From assembly GCA_964016885.1 (NCBI GenBank), contig OZ024740.1:274846001-274910000 (forward strand): a DNA stretch of 64,000 nucleotides, given 5' to 3'. Source of the DNA: Eledone cirrhosa (taxonomy: Eukaryota). The position numbers and the translations under genes are program-made. Numbering within the stretch: position 1 is the stretch's first letter; every line of letters starts with the position of its first letter. Shown here one piece after another: positions 28,207-38,057 of the stretch. Below the pieces are notes generated by a model, which was not told the origin of the DNA, did not search any database, and saw only the letters and a list, made by a program, of their open reading frames with translations.

Positions 28207-28630
28207 CGATAATCTTTAATAAATAATAATCATGTATTATTTTAGATTCTTTTATCCGAATTCTTTTTGAGAAGGGCTTCACACTTCATAGACTTTTGAG
28301 TCTCAGAAAGGGAAAGTCCGGCTCTGAAACCAGTATTTGATTGGAAACTTTTTTACCGACTACGAAAAGATAAAAAGCTAAATTAAACTTGCAACAAACA
28401 TGGATTCAAGTTTAGCTGAACGGTTCACTAAGAAGTTCACTTTTGTAGCTATTTCGTTCCAGATGTGGTGTCACCACGTAGACACTTAAACAACTGCCTA
28501 TAGTACCACCTTTGTGAACACATATTTGTATGTATGTGTTCGTGTATATGTATTTATGTATTTATTTATTTGATTAAGTCTATTATACGGGTGTATACAT
28601 GTATTTGTATATGTACATATAGATACACCC

Positions 28631-28697
<67 letters not shown>

Positions 28698-28818
28698 TCT
28701 TTGCTTAAACTTTAATCTGTTATTTCAATAAATATTTGCTCTACGGTTCTTATATATTTGATATATATTTATTCTTATCGAGCCCTCTTTGGATTTTAGT
28801 CTTCAAATTTATTATTAT

Positions 28819-28849
<31 letters not shown>

Positions 28850-28852
<3 letters not shown>

Positions 28853-28894
28853 CTGATGATTTCTAAAGAATGAAACAGTTCTAGTCCTGTAGAA
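28850..28894 (+). ncRNA. Type-I hammerhead ribozyme, family A (stem I shortened)
   Basis: TTC-CTGATGA-tTTCtaaaGAAt-GAAACAG..CTGTA-GAA, directly after (TA)n. Confidence 0.6.
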
Positions 28895-29109
28895 TCTCAT
28901 CTATATTAAAACCTATATATATATATATATATATACATGTTGATGTATAACACCACCACTCCCCCCTCTCTCTCTCGCTCTCTCTTTCTCTCTTTCTCTC
29001 TCTCTCTCTCTCTCATAAACACTCACATAAAACAAACACACTTACCATAAATACTTTTTATAGAGTGGGATTTTTAAAAATCAAACACCAACACTGCTTA
29101 CCCTTTCTC

Positions 29110-29450
29110 TCCTTCTCAGGCACACATACATAGTTTATCTCTAAAAATATATTTGGTAAAGTAATTTCTGATGGAGTCGTAGAGGCATCGAAGTGGTATA
29201 CGGCGTTTCTTGGCAATTTAAACCCTGGTGGAGTCCATTCCTCTCTAGGTCTGCAAATTTCTTCCAGAGTAGGATAGAAAGTGAGAGAGAGGAAGTAAGA
29301 AACAGATACAGAGGAAAAATCGACCCAAGTACTAGACTGGTACATTTTTTGTTTTATTGACCTCGAAAGGATGAAGCCGAAGTTGAACTCGACGGAATTT
29401 GAACTCAGAGAGCATTTGAAGGACTCTGCCAACCCGGCGCCTTCTAACAT
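29110..29450 (-). mobile_element. SINE variant with extended 3' tail
   Basis: tRNA-like head and family core at 29320-29445; tail shared with 62440-62715. Confidence 0.6.
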
Positions 29451-29506
29451 GCACGCACACACGCACGCACACACGCACACACACACACACACACGCACAC
29501 ACGCAC

Positions 29507-29545
<39 letters not shown>

Positions 29546-29643
29546 TGCATGCATGCATGCATGCATACATACATACATACATACATACATACATACATAC
29601 ATACATACATACATACATACATACATACATACATACATACATA

Positions 29644-31655
29644 CATGGTGGCTGCCAACTCGTTTTCGAGTACGGCCACTACTTTATATCCCTGTAGGAT
29701 AACCCCTACCGATGCGCTGAACGAGTGTGACTTTTTAGTCCAGCCAGCGACTTGAAACCTCTGGTACAAACACTACACTTGTGACAATTATTGACACATA
29801 GTGCTGGGCCCATGGTACCATGTGAGGACAAGTGCAGAGAGATCTCCAGATATAAAGCAATGCCTGTGCCGTGAAGCTTTTATAGTGAGCAAAGGCACTG
29901 CACAAAGCCAGTCCCACTCTCTTAACCAAGATGATATTTACCAAAAAGAAGAACAAGTCAACATCATTGGATACCATCAGGGTTGCAGGTGTTATATCAG
30001 AGTTTTCCTTCTCCTAGAATTCTGCCTTGACAAAGACTAAGGGGTAATCTCTCCCGGTGATTTTGGATGGCCATTGACTCTTAAGAGCTCCTTTGCCCTT
30101 TGACAGGTTTTGTTTTTAGTCCTGCAGGATGTCCAAAGTCACCCTCCTCACCAAGAAACCTTGGTGGGGTTGCCAGTTTAGTCGCCAACGACCCCACCAT
30201 GAGACAGGTTGTACTGGGATACATGTTACCAGTAGCACCATACATACATACATGGTGGCTGCCAACTCGTTTTCGAGTACGGCCACTACTTTATATCCAT
30301 GTAGGAGAACCCCTACCGATGCGCTGAACGAATGTGACTTTTTAGTCCAGCCAGCGACTTGAAAACTCTGGTACAAAGACTACACTTGTGACCATTATTG
30401 ACACATAGTGCAGGGCCCATGGTACCATGTGATGACAAGTGCAGAGAGATCTCCAGATATAAAGCAATGCCTGTGCTGTGAAGCTTTTATAGTGAGCAAA
30501 GGCACTGCACAAAGCCAGTCCCACTCTCTTAACCAAGATGATATTTACCAAAAAGAAGAACAAGTCAACATCATTGGATACCATCAGGGTTGCAGGTGTT
30601 ATATCAGAGTTTTCCTTCTCCTAGAATTCTGCCTTGACAAAGGCTAAGGGGTCATCTCTCCCGGTGATTTTGGATGGCTATTGAGTCTTAAGAGCTCCCT
30701 TGCCCTTTGACAGGTTTTGTTTTTAGTCCTGCAGGATGTCCATACATACATACATACATACATACATACATACATACATACATACATACATACATACATA
30801 CATACATACATACATACATACATACATAATGGCTGCCTCCTCGTTATCGAGTATGGCCATTGCATGATACACCATTATTAATAATTATTAATTAATTCTA
30901 TCGTGCAATGCCTGTGCGTGAAGATATTTTTTAAAGTGAAGAAAGACTGTGCACTGAGCCAATCCCACTCTCTGAGCGACAGTAGCTATAACTCGAAAAG
31001 AAGAAAAGATCAACTTCATCGGCAACTACTGAGCCGCAGGTTTTATATCGGAGTTATCCCAGTTTCCTGAGTTGCCTTCTCCTTCACTCTTGAGTGCTAC
31101 TGGTAACATGTAAACCCAGTACAACCTGTCGCATGGTCGGGTCGTCGGCGACTAAACCGGAAACCCCACCAAATTTACTTGGTGAGGAGGGTGATTTTGG
31201 ACACGCTGCAGGACAAAAAACAAAACCTGACAAAGAGCGGAAGAACTCATAATAGTCAACAGCCATCCGAAAGTGTGTAAATATGTATATACACATGTAC
31301 CGCGCGGTTAAACCACTGGGAGTGAAGGACCCCTAGCCTTTGTCAGGGCATCCTTCTAGGACATACATACATACATACATACATACATACATACATGCAT
31401 GATGGCTGTCCCCTCGTTATCGAGTATGGCCATTGCACGATATAACATTATTAATAATTATTAATTAATGCTATCGTGCAATGCCTGAGGATGAAGACTT
31501 TTTTTAAAGTTAGGAAAAACTGTACACTTTGCCAATCCCACTCTCTGAGCGACAGTAGCTATACCACGAAAAGAAGAAAAGATCAACATCGCCGTTAACT
31601 ACTGAGACGCAGGTTTTATGTCGGAGTTATCCCAGTTTCTTGAGTTGCCTTCTCC
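29644..31655 (-). mobile_element. Chain of RTE-derived non-autonomous elements separated by (CATA)n
   Basis: 607-bp period (29644 vs 30251); related copies at 30828-31083, 31093-31360 (inverted) and 31398-31655; minus strand contains CTAGGAGAAGGAAAACTCTGA, which I recognise as RTE 5'-UTR-like; (TATG)n tails. Confidence 0.75.
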
Positions 31656-31660
31656 CAGAA

Positions 31661-32105
31661 CAGCGGTTCCCAACCTTTTATAATAAATTCCACCTTAATG
31701 ATATAGCAAAACAGTATCCCCCCACCCCAAAAAAAATTTTAATTTTTGATATAATTTTTTTATGTAGAAATAATTTCGGCATGTCTTTTTATTTCAATCA
31801 AATCATTTTAAATTTATTATACACCCTTTTTCGACAGAAAAACATTAAAATAAGAACATATTATTTAATTTCAAAATACAAATTAATGAGATTTCTGATT
31901 TCCTTTTAAAAAAAGATTCATCTTTTCCAAGTAGTTCAGGGTGACATTTTGAAAGATGTAATTTGAGCTTAGAAGGCCTCATAGAGTCATTTCCCAGTAC
32001 CTCGAAACAAGTAACACATTGAGGCAAATAATATTGTTCTTTTGCATGCAAACAAATTCCATTTGAAGATATGTATCATCATACTTTCTTTTTTTTCTGT
32101 TTTTC
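31661..32105 (-). mobile_element. hAT (Charlie/Buster-type) deletion remnant with BED-type zinc finger
   Basis: Terminus CAGCGGTTCCCAACCT; KRKYDD.YL..F...PQCV.C.EVL.NDSMRPSKLK.HL...HP....K...FF.R. Confidence 0.82.
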
Positions 32106-33805
32106 CCCCTACACATAAATATAGTAAAATTTCTAATAGAAATACTATTAAAATTTCTTACTCTACGACTCCTAACCTTGCACATAACATCACAGCTTCA
32201 AATTTAGCTAAACTACCTAGCCGTAGGAACATGTGCAACCCTGTAGTTAGTACTAACTGTAATTGTAGGAATCGGGTTGACTGCCCCCTATCCGGGAAAT
32301 GCCTCTCTAGTAACATTGTCTACAAATGTAAGGTTGAAACAGCCACGTCCCGTAGGGCCTACATAGGGTTAACCGCCAATAGATTCAAGCAGCGTCTTTA
32401 CATGCATACCCATTATTTTCGTTACCCTTTAAGAAGGAATATGACGTCACTTTCAGCTTATATCTGGATTCTAAAAGACAACCACACCCAATATAATTTA
32501 CACTGGGAGATCCTAGCTAGGACTAGATTGTATAATGGAAATAAAAGACCATGTTACTTCTGTGCTGCTGAGGCCCTGGAAATACTCTACGCCAAAGACC
32601 ACATCTTAAACAAAAAAATCTGAGGCAATTTCGGCTTGTAAACATAAATTGCACAAAACTTTCCTGTATTATAGCCCCACATTATACCCTAACGGATAGT
32701 ACGAACTATACGCGGATATTTTACTTCTTGATGTGGTAGCTAAAGATATGTTATGTTTATACCACTACTTATTTGTATGAGTAAGTATATATTACCTGTA
32801 TGTTTTGTGAAGGTACGTATACTTTCTCGTACGTATATTTGATTGTATATGTTATGGCGTATATATTATATATTCTGGTACATATGCTTTTGGTTATGTG
32901 TATACGTGAGTTTTGTATTTGTGTGAGTATGCGGGTTCGTACGTATGTAGGGTGTGTGTATATGTGTGCTTTGTGTTTTGGTTGACGTAGTCTCCGAACA
33001 TATGTGTATTTACATGTAGGTATGTGTGTGCGCTTGTTATATACGTATTTATTTATTTATATACGTTTATTTAATTATATGTATACACGCACACACACAC
33101 ATATATATATATTTTTTTAATATATATTTTTATGTGTACTTGGTGCATACATTCGTATGCGTGCGGGTACAGGCGTTGCGTGGGTTCTGTAAGTGCGTGG
33201 GGTTTTAATTTTTTAAATTTTTTATTTTGTGTACGTGCGTGTATTTGTATACCTATGGCGAGTGTTTTCGCGTATGCTTAATATGTACGTTTATGGATGC
33301 GTGTATGTATTTATTTAATTTCAATTGCCTCTGTATTTTATTTACTTTATTCTTAACTCTGAAGCCGAGAATCATTCGGTTTCCTAGTTAGTCTACGACT
33401 TCAGTTATACCATTTACGTGGTTTTGTCTCTGCGTGCAATTGTTCTCCACGTTCCACATATGACGCATTATCTTCGTTCTTTCCGTTCATTGCCAGAGAA
33501 CGTCTCTATGAACCACCTAATAGAATATTAGTCTACGACTTCTTTTATACCATAAACGTTGTTGTGTCTTTGCGTGTAATTGTTTTTCACCGCTCCAAAT
33601 AATGACGTATTATATTCGTTTTTTCCCGTTCTTTGCCAGGGAACGTTTCCACGAACCAAAGTATCGTCTTCCTGTCTTCCTCCGGTTGCAACGTTTTTTT
33701 TAAATATTCACTTCTGCGTTCACAGATTGACTTTGTTAGTTTCAGAAGATCCCGTTCAGGGTGAAAGCAGCGATTCTTTGCTTAAACTTTAATCTGTTAT
33801 TTTAA
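32100..33805 (+). mobile_element. Penelope-like element 3' part: GIY-YIG endonuclease plus long 3' region
   Basis: NRNTIKISYS..PN...CNCR....CPL.GKCL..NIVY...YIG.T...FKQR...H...TSLS.YIW.LK; frameshift in an A-run near 32615. Confidence 0.85.
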
Positions 33806-33865
33806 TATATATATATATATATACAATATATTAATCAATGGAAATTATATTTATAAAACCATAAT

Positions 33866-33930
33866 TATTTTATTATATATATTTCAAGGGAGACCAAGGC
33901 AATTTTGGTACGCTTTCATCAGATAAAATA
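33866..33930 (-). ncRNA. Type-I hammerhead ribozyme, family B
   Basis: Minus strand TATTTTAT-CTGATGA-AAG..ACCAA/TTGGT..CTT-GAAA-TATATA-TA-ATAAAATA; perfect 8-bp stem I. Confidence 0.78.
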
Positions 33931-34046
33931 CAAAATATGTTTTATAAATGTTGACATACCCGTAGAAAAACAACCTTGACGGTTGAAGGTTCGCTCGATA
34001 GTCAATTGAATCCCAGCTTGTTGAATCCCAACAAATTAAATGTAAC

Positions 34047-34116
<70 letters not shown>

Positions 34117-34117
34117 A

Positions 34118-35009
34118 CGAGGTGTGTCAGAAAAGTTCCAGGACTGATGTCACAAAAGATTTATTTCAAACCCAAACTTTGCACTAAGAGTTTTCTCCTT
34201 CAAATAATCCCCCTGGAGTCCAATGCATTTTTCCATCCTTTGCCACGCTTGCATGCACTCCTGGAAGGATTCTTCCGGGATCCTCCGCAGTTCCGTCGTT
34301 ACGGCCTTTTTGATGTCGTCCACGTCTTCAAAACGGGTCCCCTCTGAGTCGTACTCGAAGAACCATGACTCATGACCGGTGATGACTATCCCTAGCAAGT
34401 CTGGTTCGGTTTCAAGACGCTCGAGGATGTCCTGGCACACTTGCATGCGTTGACCCTTCTGGTCATCGTTCAGCAGTTTTGGCACCATCTTCGCGCAGAC
34501 TTTCCGCATGTCCAAATCTTCAGTGAGAATCTTCCAGACGCTGTCCCGATTCATGCCCAGTTCATTTGCCATCAGTCGAACAGTCAGCTGACGATCGCTA
34601 CGCACCATCTCCCTGACGCGCTCAACGTTGACCTCAGTCCTGGTTGTTGAGGGCCTTGCGCTCCTGGGGTCATCTTCCACGTCCTCGCGTCCTTCTTTAA
34701 ACCTCTTGCACCACTCAAAAACACGTGAGCGTGACATCGTCTCATCTCCATACACTTGCTGCAGCAATCCCAGTGCTTCTGACGGAGTTTTCAAGTTTGT
34801 TCGTTGCTCTGTGCTCATTGCTTGACGACCTGAAACAGAGCACATGTATATAAAATTATGAAGAAAAAAGTTTGATCGCTGCAGAGAGCTAAGATTACAG
34901 TTACATACTCCAGGGTGATTACTTTGAAGGAGAAAACTCTTAGTGTGAAGTTTGGGTTTGAAATAAATATTTTGTAACATCAGTCCTGGAACTTTTCTGA
35001 CACACCTCG
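34118..35009 (-). mobile_element. Internally deleted mariner transposon with ~100-bp TIRs and TA TSD
   Basis: TA|CGAGGTGTGTCAGAAAAGTTCC...GGAACTTTTCTGACACACCTCG|TA; HTH region, VCAKMVPK.L, ITGHESW..YD.E fused directly to G.RF...; central catalytic domain missing. Confidence 0.92.
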
Positions 35010-35149
35010 TACATATATGATGACTGTAATCTCTGCTAAGAGCACTGCAATAGCTTGTCAGATTATAGAGTTTGGGGCACTTTTAGGCTACGGCCAGCCA
35101 CACAAACCTGCAACATAACCTGAACAAGCAATTCCTGTGCTTTGAAGGT

Positions 35150-35530
35150 TTTTTAAGTGGGGAAAGGCCTTGCACTCGACCAATCCCAGTCTCTGAACAT
35201 CGGAAACACTACCCGAAAAGGAGAACTGATCAACATCATCGGATGCTTCCGAAGCCGGAGGGGTTTTTTTTTTTAAAGTTTCCCTCTCCTAGAAAGATGT
35301 TGTGACAACAACTGCGGATCTTGCACTCCCAGGTGCAAAAAAAAAGAAGTACTATTTGGATGGCAGTTGAATCTGTTGGGTTACTCCTCCCTTTTCCTGG
35401 ACTTGTATTTCATCCCACAGGGTGTCCAAATATCACCCTCCTCATCAAGCAAGTGGTGGGGTTGCCGGTTTAGTCGCCGACGACCCGATCATGAGACTGG
35501 TTGTACTGGGTTATACGTTACCAGTAGTAC
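35150..35530 (-). mobile_element. Diverged copy of the RTE-derived non-autonomous element
   Basis: TCACCCTCCTCA...GGTGGGGTTGCC.GTTTAGTCGCC.ACGACCC...GTTGTACTGGG...GTTACCAGTAG matches 30139-30236. Confidence 0.75.
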
Positions 35531-35869
35531 ATGTTACCAGTATATATACATAAAGAGGGATATATATAGAGGGGGTGGGGGAGAATGTGTATACACATAT
35601 GTGCGAGCATGTGTGTAAATGCGCACTTGAATACTTACTTACGTACATATGTTTGGTGTGTTTATATTATGTGTGAATGATAATGTGTGTGTACTTTTTG
35701 TTTTTAGCTGTGTGCGCGCGCGTGTATAATACCTTCAAATGAGTTCAATCTTCTTCTTCAGAGCCAAATGTCTCTCTTCCATCATTTTAAGTAGATTATA
35801 GAGAGTATTGCTTTCCATACTTACGTTGGACACAGCGCCAATTGTCCATCACAAATGCAAGTGGTGATA

Positions 35870-36326
35870 AGGGAGAGAATGAGAGTGGGTGTGCGAGAGA
35901 GAGACAGTGAGAGTATGAGAGACAGATAAGAGAGAGGGTGAGTGAGAGAGAGGGGGTGTATGAGAGAACGAGAGAGAGAATGTGTGTGTGGGATTGGGTA
36001 AATGGGAGTGAGTGCGAGAAAGTGATAGAGAGAGCAAGAGAGGATGAATAAAAGAGAGAGAGAGTGAGAGAGGGAGAGAGGGTGGGTGAGAGTGATAGAG
36101 AGAGCAAGAGAGGATGAATAAAAGAGAGAGAGAGAGATTGAGATAGCGATAGAGGGTGAGTGAGAGTGATAGAGGGCGAGAGTGAATGAGAGTGAAAGAG
36201 AGAAAGAGGGGGAAGTAAGATAGTGAGACAGAGTGAGTGAGAGAGAGGGCGAGAATGTGAATGAGAATGCAAGAAATAGAGAGAGAGGGGTGAAGTGAGA
36301 TAGCGAGAGAAAGAGAGGACGAGAGA

Positions 36327-36359
<33 letters not shown>

Positions 36360-36595
36360 GACGAGAGAGTGAGAGAGAGAGAGAGCAAAAGAGAGAGAGA
36401 GAGCAAGAGAGAGAGAGAGGGAGCAAGAGAGAGAGAGAGAGAGAGAGCTAGAGAGAGAGAGAGAGCAAGAGAGGGAGAGGGAGAGAGCAAGAGAGGATGA
36501 ATGAAAGAGAGATGAAGTTAGATAGCGAGAGAGAGAGAGAGTCAGAGAGAGAGGACGAGAGAGTGAATGAGAGTGCAAAAGAGAGAGAGAGGGTA
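35870..36595. repeat. Degenerate (GA)n polypurine tract
   Basis: Visible directly; includes internal duplications of GAGCAAGAGAGGATGAAT.AAAGAGAGA. Confidence 0.9.
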
Positions 36596-36859
36596 AGTAA
36601 GAAGTATTTTAACAATGACAGGTCTTAATACTAAATGATCTCCAAGAACTAACGATGGGTAATAGGGCTGATTTCATTGAGTGTTTAAGTAATTCCTCAA
36701 GATATTAACTTTATCTTTATATATTTATGTCATTCTTTATAATTTGTTCTTTGTTGAGTTGTTTTTTTTATTGTTTTTTTTCTGTTCATGTTTTGTCAGC
36801 TTTCAATTCTTTCTTTTTTATTGTTTGATTTTTTGAAAACAGTCCAGCATCAGTTTTTA

Positions 36860-36890
<31 letters not shown>

Positions 36891-37082
36891 TGGTGGTGGT
36901 GGTGGTGGTGGTGGTAGTGGTGTTTTCAAAAGCCCTAGTCACACGTGGAAGTCGAAGGAATTCTGGCTAATTGTGCTATGGAAATGATTCAACACCACAC
37001 GCACAAACACAGATATACATACACACACACATACATACACACACATACACACACATATACACATATATATATATACACATAT

Positions 37083-37143
<61 letters not shown>

Positions 37144-37229
37144 TCTGTGTATCCCGGGTTCAATTGTGGGTAACCACAGTAAGTAAGGTACTCAATACAT
37201 AGCAGAGTATAAATATTTAATATAGAAAT

Positions 37230-37281
37230 GGCTTCTACAGGACTAGGACTGTTTCATTCAAAGGAAATCATCAGGAAAGCC
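37230..37281 (-). ncRNA. Type-I hammerhead ribozyme, family A
   Basis: Minus strand GGC(T)TTC-CTGATGA-tTTCctttGAAt-GAAACAG-tcctagtc-CTG-TA-GAAGCC; lies in an element shared with 56043-56167. Confidence 0.72.
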
Positions 37282-37355
37282 GACTTCCAATGTGTTATGG
37301 TGGTAGGGGAAGGTGGTGATTGGGATGGCTGGAGTTCATTGGCTGATGTATTTAA

Positions 37356-38057
37356 TAATAATATATGAAATTATTGTGTAAAGTGCTCAGGTGCACTACA
37401 ACTAGTCAAAGGTGTATGTATAGTACATAGAATAATATATAAAATGTCAGGGAAGTGAATAGTGTATGAGTCATGATATACATGTGTGTATGTGTATGGA
37501 GGGGGGAATATCAGGTGTAGTGTTGGCGAATCTCAGGAAGCATGGAGGTTTTAAAGGATGCAGTGTCTCGACAGCTAACAACTGATGCAGGTAGTTTGTT
37601 CCATGCTTCCGCAACTCTGAGTGTGAAAAAATGTTTCCGAAAGTCATGGGAACTGTGCTGTTTTCTGACTTTGTGGGCATGTCCAGGTGTGTTAGACACA
37701 TGGAAATCAAAACGGTACACAGGGTTGTTGTTGGCAAGATGGTTAATAATTTTGTGGGTGTTTACCAAGTCAGTTGCCAGACGTCGGAGCTTCAATGTAT
37801 CCATGCCCATGGAAGCAAGGCGTTCAGAGTATGGTAGATGCCTAATGGAGGGTATTCGCTTGGTTGAACGTCTCTGAACAGTTTCCAGGAGGCCAATGTT
37901 CTGAGCAAAATAGGGGTTCCAGACTGGTGATGCAAATTCTAAGTGTAGCCGCACCATAGCTATGTACAGCTTTAAATAGATAGCTGGAGAGCAGCTGACA
38001 AATGTCTTGCTGAGTGATTCTAAGACACCCTCGGCCTTCTTGACAATATTCAGAGAT
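37356..38057 (-). mobile_element. CR1-clade LINE 3' part
   Basis: VR.HLEFASPVWNP......LE.VQRR.TK.I......Y.ERL.....L..RR...DL...FF..RV...WN.LP; (ATT)n tail. Confidence 0.9.

Noticed and set aside
32615-32700. TGA at 32621 as a possible selenocysteine codon, as reported for some Penelope-like elements
   Set aside because: Removing one A from the preceding A-run restores LNKKSE..SACKH, so it is a frameshift. The ATGACG motifs downstream lack a convincing SECIS fold.
35870-36595. Ser/Leu-rich ORFs of 200-260 aa
   Set aside because: Degenerate (GA)n tract that is open in all three minus frames because of composition.
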